From NCBI GenBank assembly GCA_964552315.1, contig CAZKGI010000017.1, forward strand, positions 732-64,731: a stretch of 64,000 bases of DNA. Reading direction: 5' to 3'. Origin of the DNA: an uncultured Akkermansia sp. Lineage in GTDB: Bacteria; Verrucomicrobiota; Verrucomicrobiia; Verrucomicrobiales; DEV007. Below are positions 26,661 to 35,467 of the stretch, piece by piece. Each line of letters begins with the position of its first letter. Position 1 is the stretch's first letter. The notes beneath the pieces are model-generated. The model ran no database searches. It had not been told where the DNA came from and worked only from the letters and a program-made list of their open reading frames with translations. A program made the translations under genes and the position numbers.

Positions 26661-28856
26661 TCAGGCGAGCTGCATTCGGCGGAGCCGCAGGGCGTTGGCG
26701 ATCACCGAGACCGAGGACAGGGACATCGCCGCGCCGGCGAGCATCGGGTTGAGCAGGGTCCCGGTGAAGGGATAGAGAAGACCCGCGGCGATGGGAATGC
26801 CGAGGGCGTTGTAGAAGAAGGCAAAGAAGAGGTTCTGCCGGATGTTGCGCATGGTCGCCCGGCTCAGGGCGATGGCCCGGTCGATCCCGGCGAGGTCGCC
26901 CTTCACCAAGGTGACCGCAGCGCTCTCGATGGCCGCGTCGCTGCCGGTTCCCATGGCGATGCCGACCTGGGCCTCAGCCAGGGCGGGGGCGTCGTTGATG
27001 CCATCCCCGGCCATGGCCACGATGTGGCCCTGCTCCTTCAGCTCGCGGATGAGGGCGATCTTGTCCACCGGGCTCAAGCCGGCGTGGACCTCGTCGATGC
27101 CGAGAACCTTGCCCACGGCCGCGGCGGTGCGGGGATTGTCACCGCTGGCCATGATCACCCGCAGACCGCGCTGGTGCAGGGCGGCGATGGCGGAAGGACT
27201 GGCGTCGTGGATCGGGTCGGCGATGCCGAGCAGGCCGATGACCTGTCCGTCGCGGGACACCCAGACGACGGTTTGGGCCTGGCGCTCCAGCGATTCCGCC
27301 TGGAGCAGCAGATCGGAGGGAATCTCCACGTTGCGACCTTGCAGGAAGGCGGGTGTTCCCACCAGCACCTCGTGTCCGTCCACCTTTCCAGAGACTCCCC
27401 CGCCGGTGGTGGAGGCAAAGTGCTCCGCCCCCGGGAGGGACAGCTCGCGATCCCGCGCCGCGGTGACGATGGCCCGGGCGAGCGGGTGTTCCGAGGCGGA
27501 CTCCAAAGAGGCCGCGAGCCGAAGTAGCTCCTCGACCTTCACGCCCGGGATCGTCAACTCGGTGACGAGGCGGGGTTTTCCTGCAGTGAGGGTGCCGGTC
27601 TTGTCCACCACCAGGGTGTCGACCTGGCCCGTCAGTTCGATGGCCTCGGCATTTTTTACGAGAATGCCCAACTGCGCGGCACGTCCCACCCCGACCATAA
27701 TGGACATGGGTGTGGCCAGTCCGAGGGCGCAGGGACAGGCGATGATAAGCACCGAGACGGCGTTGACCAAGGCGAAGGCCAGGGCGGGCGCCGGTCCCCA
27801 GAGGGCCCAAAGGGCAAAGGTCAGCAGGGCGGCGAGTACGACGAGGGGCACGAACCAGCGCGCCACTCGGTCGACCAGGTTCTGCACGGGCGCCCGGCTG
27901 CGTTGGGCCTCGGCGACCAGCTGGATGATGCGGGCCAGCAGAGTCTCGCGACCGACCTTTTCCGCCTCCATCAGGAAGGAGCCGGTTTGGTTGACGGTGC
28001 CGCCGATGAGGACATCTCCCGCGGCCTTAGCCACCGGCAGAGGTTCTCCGCTGATCATGGACTCATCCACATAGCTCTGCCCCGACCGGAGGCGGCCGTC
28101 CACCGGGACGATTTCTCCGGGACGAACGCGGAGGAGGTCTCCCACTTGCAGCTGGTCGAGGGGAACCTCTTCCTCCTTGCCATCGACAAGGCGGTGGGCG
28201 GATTTCGCGGCGAGGCCGAGCAGGGCCTGGATGGCCTGGCCCGTGCGCAGGCGGGCCCGCGCCTCGAGCCGCTGGCCGAAGAGAACCAGCACGGTGATCA
28301 CCGCGGCGGCTTCGAAATAGAGGCCGACCTCGCCGTGATGGCGGAAGGAGGCGGGGAAAAGCCCGGGAGCGAAGACGGCGACCAGGCTGAACAAGTAGGC
28401 GGCGCCCACGCCCAGGGAAATCAGGGTGAACATGTTGGGGCTGCGGTGCTGCAGGGAGCGCCAGCCCTTTAGGAAAAAGCTTCCTCCCGCCCAGAGCACC
28501 ACCGGGGTGGCGAGTGCGGCTTCGATCCACTTCGCCAGCGACCTCGGGAGGCGTTCGCCCAGACCGGGAATCATGCCCCCCATGGCGAGAAGAAAGACGG
28601 GCACCGTCAGGATGAGGCCGATCCAGAATTTTCGCGAGAGCTCGCGGATCTCCCGCAGGGCCTGGTCGTCGTCCTCGTCGTCGGTCCCGGTGGGCAGCCA
28701 GGCCGGATTGCGTTCCAGGGCCATGCCGCATTTGGGGCAGTCCCCCGCCTCGTCGGACTCCACGCCGGGACACATTGGGCAGAAGTATTTGGCCTCGGAG
28801 GGAGGAACGACCGCTTCTTCGCCGTGATGGTCGCAATGGCCGCAACAATGGCTCAT
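26661..28856 (-). CDS. copA: Cu(I)-translocating P1B-1 ATPase
   Basis: CPC in [37 protein letters not shown] and MxxSS; N-terminal HCCGHCDHH and CPMCP..CPKCGM metal-binding domain. Confidence 0.95.
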   Translation of the reverse strand: MSHCCGHCDHHGEEAVVPPSEAKYFCPMCPGVESDEAGDCPKCGMALERNPAWLPTGTDDEDDDQALREIRELSRKFWIGLILTVPVFLLAMGGMIPGLGERLPRSLAKWIEAALATPVVLWAGGSFFLKGWRSLQHRSPNMFTLISLGVGAAYLFSLVAVFAPGLFPASFRHHGEVGLYFEAAAVITVLVLFGQRLEARARLRTGQAIQALLGLAAKSAHRLVDGKEEEVPLDQLQVGDLLRVRPGEIVPVDGRLRSGQSYVDESMISGEPLPVAKAAGDVLIGGTVNQTGSFLMEAEKVGRETLLARIIQLVAEAQRSRAPVQNLVDRVARWFVPLVVLAALLTFALWALWGPAPALAFALVNAVSVLIIACPCALGLATPMSIMVGVGRAAQLGILVKNAEAIELTGQVDTLVVDKTGTLTAGKPRLVTELTIPGVKVEELLRLAASLESASEHPLARAIVTAARDRELSLPGAEHFASTTGGGVSGKVDGHEVLVGTPAFLQGRNVEIPSDLLLQAESLERQAQTVVWVSRDGQVIGLLGIADPIHDASPSAIAALHQRGLRVIMASGDNPRTAAAVGKVLGIDEVHAGLSPVDKIALIRELKEQGHIVAMAGDGINDAPALAEAQVGIAMGTGSDAAIESAAVTLVKGDLAGIDRAIALSRATMRNIRQNLFFAFFYNALGIPIAAGLLYPFTGTLLNPMLAGAAMSLSSVSVIANALRLRRMQLA

Positions 28857-28890
28857 GGGCATATCCTCGACGGACTCCGTCGGGGTGCAA

Positions 28891-28933
28891 GAAAAACCCC
28901 GCCCGTCACCCCGGGGTGACGGACGGGGCGTTT
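28891..28933 (-). terminator. Intrinsic terminator after the small metal-binding protein gene
   Basis: Minus strand CCCCGTCCGTCACC-ccgg-GGTGACGGGCGGGG followed by TTTTTCTT. Confidence 0.75.
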
Positions 28934-28950
28934 GCCGGTGACCGGACGAC

Positions 28951-29178
28951 TCACTTCAGCTTCGCCAGGTACTTGGCCGGGTTGGCGTTGAATTTCTTCA
29001 CGCAGGGTTTGCAGCAGAACTTCACCTGCTGGCCCTCGTAGACCATGGTCACGACTTTGCCCATGCTTCCCAGTTCATTGTCCGTGACGAGGCACATTTT
29101 GCTGGGGTAGGGCGTGGCGGCCGCGGCCAAGCCGAGGCCGAGGAGGAGAACAGTGAGAGAGGCGAGTAGAGTTTTCAT
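28951..29178 (-). CDS. Small exported YHS/TRASH-like metal-binding protein
   Basis: Signal peptide; [32 protein letters not shown] pattern. Confidence 0.8.
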   Translation of the reverse strand: MKTLLASLTVLLLGLGLAAAATPYPSKMCLVTDNELGSMGKVVTMVYEGQQVKFCCKPCVKKFNANPAKYLAKLK

Positions 29179-29392
29179 CAGAATAAGGGTGTTATGTTAG
29201 GATTCTAGATTGGGGTGTTGAATGAAGTCGGGTGGGCGATTCGCCCTGCTGGGGAGGCTTCCCGGCGCTGCCCTCGCGGTGGCGTGGACGAATGGCGACA
29301 GTCCGTCGCCGGCGTGCGGGGCGTCCCGCGGGATCGGCGGGAGCCGCGAGCTCCGCCCCGCGCTGGGACCGGTCCGGGAAGGGTCCGGGGAA

Positions 29393-29770
29393 TCAAATGA
29401 GGAAGCTTTGGCGAAGGGCCAAGCCGAGTCGTGGGGGACCGGGATCCGGGGGGATCGGAGCCGGATGTCTCCGCACTTCCCGGGAGGGATTCGGCTCCAG
29501 GGACAGCTCGCTGCGCTCCGTGAGGAAGAGGCCGTCGAGGGAAGGCAGGGAGAGTTTTCCGCTGTCCACCGCGCGGGCCTTGACGGCCAGGCAGCTGTCG
29601 CAGGGAAGCTCCTCGCGGCCATCGGAATCCGTCGCCTCTGGGGAGGCGCAGCAGGAATGCGCCTCCGTCTCCGCAGCCGGGCTGGCCAGCAGAGCACCAC
29701 TGCAACAGCAGAACGGGCTTGCGACGAAAAGCGCAAGCAGGACTGAAAAAGTGCGGTGGAGGAGACTCAT
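29393..29770 (-). CDS. Cys- and Pro-rich exported small protein (DUF2946/CutF/CruR-like leader)
   Basis: Hydrophobic N-terminus, CCC, HSCC, CDSC and C-terminal PAPIPPDPGPPRL; first gene upstream of the copper cluster. Confidence 0.6.
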   Translation of the reverse strand: MSLLHRTFSVLLALFVASPFCCCSGALLASPAAETEAHSCCASPEATDSDGREELPCDSCLAVKARAVDSGKLSLPSLDGLFLTERSELSLEPNPSREVRRHPAPIPPDPGPPRLGLALRQSFLI

Positions 29771-29863
29771 GCGGGACTTCAGGTTCGACTACCCGAGAGC
29801 GCCGGCGTTCAAAATTCGGAGGTGATCCTCTGCGCCCGGGCCCTCATCGGACAGAAACGGGGC

Positions 29864-30790
29864 TCAGAGCCCGTCGTTGCCCGGCACTTTCAATTCGGGG
29901 GCGGACTTCGTTTCTGGGGCGGTGGCCGGTTCGCTGGGGGTGGGAGCTTCCGCCTTGCTTTGGCTTTCCACGGGGGCTTCCTCCGGCTCTTCAAGCGCGA
30001 TCAGTTCCGCCACCGTGGCAAATTCGTAGCCCATCGCTTGAAGGCGGTCGATGGTCTGGGGCATGGCCTCGATGGTGCCGGCGTGGATGTCGTGGGCGAG
30101 GAGAATGCCGCCCGGGGAGGCTCCTGAGATGAGGCGGGAAGCGACGGTGGCCGCGCCGGGCTTTTTCCAGTCGAGCGGATCCGCCGACCAGAGAATGGTG
30201 GGGTAGCCAAATTCGGCATGGATCCAGGCCTTCTGGGCCGCGGTGATGGAGCCGTAGGGGGGGCGCATGGTTAGGGGAGCGACGCCGGTGGCTTCGACGA
30301 TGGCTTCATGGCAGTCGCGCAATTCCCGGCGGACGCCTTCCTCCGACATGCGGGCCAGGACGGGATGGTTGACGGAGTGGTTGCCCACCTCGTGCCCTTC
30401 CTCGACCATGCGGCGCACGATGTGGGGATAGCGCTTCACATTGGGTCCCAGGACATAGAAGGTGGCCTTGATTTGGCGAGCCTTGAGGATGTCGAGAAGC
30501 TTCGGGGTGTATTCGGGATGGGGCCCGTCGTCAAAGGTCAGGGCGACGACCGGACGGCTGATGCGGACGCGCGTGTAGGTGTCGCGCGTGGGCACCTTCC
30601 ATTCCCCGGGGGTGGGCGGGGGAGGGGTCTGGCCCCAGGTCGGGGATTCCAAACCGGCGATGAAAGGGGGCAGAGCGACCTTGGCCTCGCCCGTCAGGGG
30701 CGAGGTCGCTGTCCGGGTCACAGCCGAGGGGACCTGACAGGAGGTCAGGACCAGGGCGGCGAGCAGAACAGGGCAGAACAGCGGTCGCAT
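29864..30790 (-). CDS. Polysaccharide deacetylase (NodB/CE4) lipoprotein, paralog of 279-1043
   Basis: Lipobox LTS-C; TFDDGP, HSVNHP, RPPYG and LAHDIH motifs. Confidence 0.9.
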   Translation of the reverse strand: MRPLFCPVLLAALVLTSCQVPSAVTRTATSPLTGEAKVALPPFIAGLESPTWGQTPPPPTPGEWKVPTRDTYTRVRISRPVVALTFDDGPHPEYTPKLLDILKARQIKATFYVLGPNVKRYPHIVRRMVEEGHEVGNHSVNHPVLARMSEEGVRRELRDCHEAIVEATGVAPLTMRPPYGSITAAQKAWIHAEFGYPTILWSADPLDWKKPGAATVASRLISGASPGGILLAHDIHAGTIEAMPQTIDRLQAMGYEFATVAELIALEEPEEAPVESQSKAEAPTPSEPATAPETKSAPELKVPGNDGL

Positions 30791-30958
30791 TTTCGGTGCG
30801 GGGCAGTTTCCGGTGCCTGGGTCCGGATTTCAAGGCGCAATCGTCGGGGGGGGGCGTGCCGCGGCGTCGCCGGCTCCCGGGCACTCACGCCATTGCGTGA
30901 GGATCCCCACTTGGAAAGTCCGGGCTTCGGCCTGAATTTTGCGGTTCGAGACCCGTCC

Positions 30959-33900
30959 ATGCACCGCTCTATCTGTCGCGCCATCCCCTTGAGTCTGCTG
31001 CTGGGGCTGTCGTCCGCCCCAATGGTGAGAGGGGCGGACTGGAAGGCGGTCGAACCCATTCTCGAGGCCAAGTGTTACCGCTGTCACGGGGGCGAGGAAA
31101 CCAAGGGCGGCGTCGACCTCAAGAAACTCGCCGCGGATCCCCAGGTCGCGGAGCATCACGAACTCTGGGATCGCGTTCTCGACACCGTCCTCAACGGGGA
31201 AATGCCTCCTCCGAAGTCCGAGCCCCTCGGAGAGGAGGAGGAAAAGGCGCTCACCGCCTGGGTGGAGCACGAGCTCGAAGGGATCGCCGCGGCGAACGCG
31301 GGGGATCCGGGGCCGGTGACGATGCGGCGCCTCACCAACGGCGAATACAATCGCACGCTGCGCGACCTGGCCGGCGGTCACGACTACGGGCTCGCCGAGG
31401 AGTTCCAGACCGATGGCGGCGGCGGGGAAGGGTTCTCCAACACCGGAGACGTGCTTTTCCTCAGCCCCGCGGCCCTCGACAAGTATTTCAGCGCCGCCCG
31501 GAAGTTCGTGGACCACGCCACCGTCATGCCGGGAACGGGCATCGTTTTCCACGAGCATCGCGTCGGTCTGCGGGGACCGGAGCAGCTCAAAGCCCAGGCC
31601 GAGCAGGGCCTCTACGTTTGGTACCAGCAAAAGGCGGCTCCCCACTTGCCCGGTGATTTCGATCCCATGCGCGAGGGGGACTACCTGCAGGCCTGTTGGA
31701 AGCACCGCTACCTCAAGGAGCCGCTCGAGGCCCTCGCCCAGGCCGAGGGGCTCAATATCTATTTCCTCCGCAATTGGTGGACTCTCGTCAACGCCACCGA
31801 GCCGCCCTCTCGCTATCTCGACCTGGTGCGCGTGGCCTGGCGCGATTTGCCGGGACCGGAGGCGGAGCGCCCGGGCGAAGTTCCTCCTGCGGTGAAGGAG
31901 CGCCTGGCGGCCATCGAGGCGGATCTGCTTTCCTGGAACAATCCCAAGAAGCCGGGCAGAGGGGTGCAGCGTCGCCAGCAGGATTCCGATGGCATCCGTC
32001 CCTACCCGATGAGTCTCGAGCTCGGGGGCTGCCAGCAGGTGCACCTCTGTTTCGGCGACGCCGGTGACGGGAACCGCGGGGACATTGCCCTGGTCACCAA
32101 GATCGACGTGAAGCTCGCCAAGGGCAGTGTCAATTATTACGACTGGCTTCAGGAACAGATCCGTACGCTCACAGAGCAGCTCGCGGCGACACCTCCTCCG
32201 GTCGACGCTGGGCCCAAACAGGAGCGCAAGGCGGCGCTCGAGGCGGTGGCGGCCCTCTTTGGCAAGCATCCCGAGGAAGGGCGGACCATGGAAGCCGGGG
32301 TGCTTGCCGTGACGGCGCCCCGGGTGGTGACCCTGCCCCTGCCCGAGGGCGCGGTTTCCCTTCGGGCCGACACGCAACTCGATCTCGAGAACGCCGCGGC
32401 GGACGAGGCCACGATGCAGTGGACCCTGACCACCGGCACGCCCCGCGATCTGACCCAGGTCCTGCCCGGGGTGCTAACCATCTGGAAGCGCCAGACTGAG
32501 GCCGCCCGCCGCACCATGGGCGAGTTCAACGTCATGAAGGAGGCCTTCCCGGACATGTTTGAGCGCCGCCTCGAGGCGGTGGCGCGCAACCTCTATCGAG
32601 GCAAGCCGGGGATCGGCGTTTACTACTTCAGCGACGAGCAGCTCGGGGAGATCCTCGGAGAGCAGGACCGGAAGACGCTGGCGGCGATGCGCAAGGACTG
32701 GCGTCTCGCGGCCCCCAAGACACTGAATGACGCGCAGGCCAAGGAATACGATGACTCCATGATCGGCCACCTGCACCACTTCGTTTCGCGGGCTTGGCGC
32801 CGTCCCCTCGTCGAGTCGGAGCGGGCGTCCTTCGCCAGCGACTATCGCGAGCGCCTCGCCGAGGGCATGGACCGGGAGTCCGCCGTGCGCGAGGGCATGG
32901 TGCGCGCCCTGGTGTCTCCGCACTTTCTCTTCAAGGCGGAAACCCTGCCCCCCGACGCCGCGGAGGTGGGTCTCAGCGGAGGGGATTTGCCCCTCAATCC
33001 CTGGGAGGTCGCCTCGCGCCTGAGCTATTTCCTCTGGGCGTCCCTGCCGGACGGGGCCCTGCGCCAGGCCGCCGCGGATGGCAGCCTGCTGCAGCCCGAG
33101 GTGCTCCAGGCCCAGACCCGGCGCCTGCTCAAGGATCGCCGGGCCGCCGCCCTCGCCGAGGAGTTTGCCGGGCAATGGCTGAAGTTCGCTGACTTCGAGG
33201 CTGACGACGGGGTCGACACGCAGAAATTTCCCGAAATGACGCCCGAGCTGCGCGCCGACATGAAGCGCGAGGCGGTGACCTACTTCACCCAACTCTTTCG
33301 CGAGGATCGCCGCGTCATGGACATCGTCTTGGGGGAGAGCAGCTTCCTCAACGAGCGCCTCGCCCAGTTCTATGGCATCCCCGGGGTGAGGGGGGCCGAG
33401 TTTCGCGAGGTCAAGGTCGTCGAACATCAGCGGGGCGGCCTCCTCGGCATGGGGGCGGTGCTGACCAAGACCTCCCGCTCGGTGCGCACCAGTCCGGTGC
33501 TTCGCGGCGACTACCTCTATTCGGTGGTGCTTGGTCATTTCTCGCCCCCGCCCCCGCCGAATGTGCCGGAACTGGATGAAGGGGCTCTCAAGCCCGCCTC
33601 GCTGCGCGAGGCCTTGATGCGGCATCGTCAGGATCAGGCTTGCTCGGTCTGCCACGATCGCATTGATCCCCTCGGTTTCGTCCTTGAGGCCTATGACCCC
33701 ATCGGTCGCTATCGGGAACAGGACGAGAGCGGAGCCGCCATCGACAACACTGGAGAACTGCGCGAGGGGGTCGTGCTCGAGGGCATGCCCGGCCTGCGGG
33801 AGCACCTCGCCAAGAATCGCGAGCAGTTCCTCGGCCAGTTCTGCCGCAAGCTGCTTGGTTATGCCTTGGGCCGACAGGTCCTTCCCACCGACCAGGCGCT

Positions 33901-34030
33901 CATCCGGCAGATGGTCGCCGCCGTGGAGGCCAACGACGGTCGGGTCTCCGCCGCCGTGCTCGCCATCGTGAACAGTCGGCAATTCCTCAATCGTCGTCGC
34001 GAAGCTCCCGTGCTGGCCTTGCAACCCTAA
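30959..34030 (+). CDS. Planctomycete-type cytochrome c + DUF1587/1595/1592/1588/1585 protein
   Basis: Signal peptide, CYRCH, RRLTNGEYNRTLRDL, ASRLSYFLW, TSPVLRG, CSVCH..IDPLGF..YDPIGRYR and KLLGYALGR; ATG at 30959. Confidence 0.88.
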   Translation: MHRSICRAIPLSLLLGLSSAPMVRGADWKAVEPILEAKCYRCHGGEETKGGVDLKKLAADPQVAEHHELWDRVLDTVLNGEMPPPKSEPLGEEEEKALTAWVEHELEGIAAANAGDPGPVTMRRLTNGEYNRTLRDLAGGHDYGLAEEFQTDGGGGEGFSNTGDVLFLSPAALDKYFSAARKFVDHATVMPGTGIVFHEHRVGLRGPEQLKAQAEQGLYVWYQQKAAPHLPGDFDPMREGDYLQACWKHRYLKEPLEALAQAEGLNIYFLRNWWTLVNATEPPSRYLDLVRVAWRDLPGPEAERPGEVPPAVKERLAAIEADLLSWNNPKKPGRGVQRRQQDSDGIRPYPMSLELGGCQQVHLCFGDAGDGNRGDIALVTKIDVKLAKGSVNYYDWLQEQIRTLTEQLAATPPPVDAGPKQERKAALEAVAALFGKHPEEGRTMEAGVLAVTAPRVVTLPLPEGAVSLRADTQLDLENAAADEATMQWTLTTGTPRDLTQVLPGVLTIWKRQTEAARRTMGEFNVMKEAFPDMFERRLEAVARNLYRGKPGIGVYYFSDEQLGEILGEQDRKTLAAMRKDWRLAAPKTLNDAQAKEYDDSMIGHLHHFVSRAWRRPLVESERASFASDYRERLAEGMDRESAVREGMVRALVSPHFLFKAETLPPDAAEVGLSGGDLPLNPWEVASRLSYFLWASLPDGALRQAAADGSLLQPEVLQAQTRRLLKDRRAAALAEEFAGQWLKFADFEADDGVDTQKFPEMTPELRADMKREAVTYFTQLFREDRRVMDIVLGESSFLNERLAQFYGIPGVRGAEFREVKVVEHQRGGLLGMGAVLTKTSRSVRTSPVLRGDYLYSVVLGHFSPPPPPNVPELDEGALKPASLREALMRHRQDQACSVCHDRIDPLGFVLEAYDPIGRYREQDESGAAIDNTGELREGVVLEGMPGLREHLAKNREQFLGQFCRKLLGYALGRQVLPTDQALIRQMVAAVEANDGRVSAAVLAIVNSRQFLNRRREAPVLALQP

Positions 34031-34084
34031 GGACACTAAGCTATCCCAGGCCCCGCCTTTTCTGACCTCACCCCCCGCTTGCTC

Positions 34085-35398
34085 ATGAATCGACGTCGTT
34101 TTCTCCGTGGTACCGGCATCGCCCTCGGGCTTCCCTGGTTCGAATCGATTTCCGCCTTCGGCACCGAGACGAGCAAGGCCGCCTCGGCTCCCCGCCGCCT
34201 GGCGGTCTGTTTCACCGGCAACGGGGTCAACCCCCATCACTGGGGCGCCACCATGGGGGAAAAGGGCCTGGAATTGGCCAAGTCCCTGCAGCCGCTGGAG
34301 TCGCTCAAGGACCAGGTCGTCGTCTTCAAGGGCTTGTGGAACCCCACGACCATTGAAGGCGAGGGCGGTCACTACCCCAAGATGAATGTCCTCTCCGGCC
34401 TGCGGGTGAAGAAGACCACCACCGATGTCGAGGTCGGCACCACCATGGATCAGGTCATCGCCGGGGCCATCGGCCGCGAAACACCGGTGCCCAGCATTGT
34501 CCTTGGCACGGAGCGTCCCAGCTACTCCACGGATTCGGGCTTCACCTCCATATACTCCGCCTACATCTCCTGGAGCACCCCGACGACCCCATCGCCCAAG
34601 GAGATCTTTCCCCAGCAGGCTTTCGATCAGCTCTTTGACGACGGCAGCAAGCGCCGCCGCGACCGCAGCATCCTTGACCTCGTGCTCGACGACGCCAAGG
34701 GCTTGCGCCGACAGCTCAGCGTCCGCGACAGCCAAAAGCTCGACGAGTACCTCACTTCCGTGCGCGAGATCGAGAAGCGCATCGAGCAGGCGGAAAAGAT
34801 CCGCCAGGTCGAGGAGGGCGAGGGGGGCTGGCAGCCCACGGTGAAGACGCCGACCCTGGGGCGTCCCGATCCGGGCCTCCCGGCCAGCTCCGAGGACCAC
34901 ATCCGGCTGATGTTCGACATCCTCCTGCTGGCCTTCCAGATGGATCGCACCCGGGTGGCGACCTTCATGCTGAACAACGACCTCTCCAACATGCGCTTCC
35001 CCAGCCTCGAGGGCGTCACTTCTGGCATTCACGAACTCTCGCACCACGCCAACGACGAGACGCGCCTGGCCCACTACCAGCGCGTCAACGAGTTCCAAGT
35101 GAAGCTCTGGGCCGAGTTCCTCCAGAAGATGGCCGAGACCAACGAGGGGGAGCGCAGCCTGCTCGACAACAGCATGATCCTGCTCACCAGCAGCCTCATG
35201 GACGGAAACGCCCACGACTCCCGCCAGCTCCCCGTGGTCTTGGCTGGGGGTGGGGGCGGCACCATTCAAGGGGGGCGCGCCTACGACTTCAGCGAGGACC
35301 CCAACCGCAAGCTCTGCCGTCTGCACCTCGCCCTGATGGAGCGCATGGGGGTGAAGCTCGACCGCTTCGGCGACGCCGGGCAGCTGCTCGCCATCTGA
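34085..35398 (+). CDS. DUF1552 (HXXSHH) family protein, Tat-exported
   Basis: NRRRFLRG twin-arginine signal, LDEYLTSVREIEKRI, HELSHH and GNAHDSRQLP; canonical partner of DUF1592 proteins. Confidence 0.9.
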   Translation: MNRRRFLRGTGIALGLPWFESISAFGTETSKAASAPRRLAVCFTGNGVNPHHWGATMGEKGLELAKSLQPLESLKDQVVVFKGLWNPTTIEGEGGHYPKMNVLSGLRVKKTTTDVEVGTTMDQVIAGAIGRETPVPSIVLGTERPSYSTDSGFTSIYSAYISWSTPTTPSPKEIFPQQAFDQLFDDGSKRRRDRSILDLVLDDAKGLRRQLSVRDSQKLDEYLTSVREIEKRIEQAEKIRQVEEGEGGWQPTVKTPTLGRPDPGLPASSEDHIRLMFDILLLAFQMDRTRVATFMLNNDLSNMRFPSLEGVTSGIHELSHHANDETRLAHYQRVNEFQVKLWAEFLQKMAETNEGERSLLDNSMILLTSSLMDGNAHDSRQLPVVLAGGGGGTIQGGRAYDFSEDPNRKLCRLHLALMERMGVKLDRFGDAGQLLAI

Positions 35399-35467
35399 TC
35401 CGGCGGCGCCGCGTCTTTCCCGGAGCGGACCCGTTTTTCGCCAGGGGGAGGCCTGAAGGCTCTTCGA

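Noticed and set aside
30884-30901. Dyad CTCACGC-catt-GCGTGAG in a divergent intergenic region
   Set aside because: Single 7-bp GC-rich dyad with no second copy or cognate regulator; plausible by chance.
30911-30932. GGAAAGTCCGGGCT resembling the RNase P RNA 5' signature GAGGAAAGTCCGGGC
   Set aside because: The preceding GA is missing, the DUF1592 CDS starts about 30 nt later, and no downstream RNase P motifs are present.
30941-30961. GGTTCGAGACCCGTCCA resembling a tRNA T-arm plus CCA
   Set aside because: The T-stem pairs only 2 bp, and no acceptor, D or anticodon arms can be built.
32474-35326. 950-aa ORF overlapping the DUF1592/DUF1552 genes, and similar long alternative-frame ORFs (10950-13412, 30308-30958 extension, 48560-50770, 4754-6538, 24790-26775)
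   Set aside because: Shadow frames of high-GC coding DNA; no motifs, and they overlap well-supported genes.
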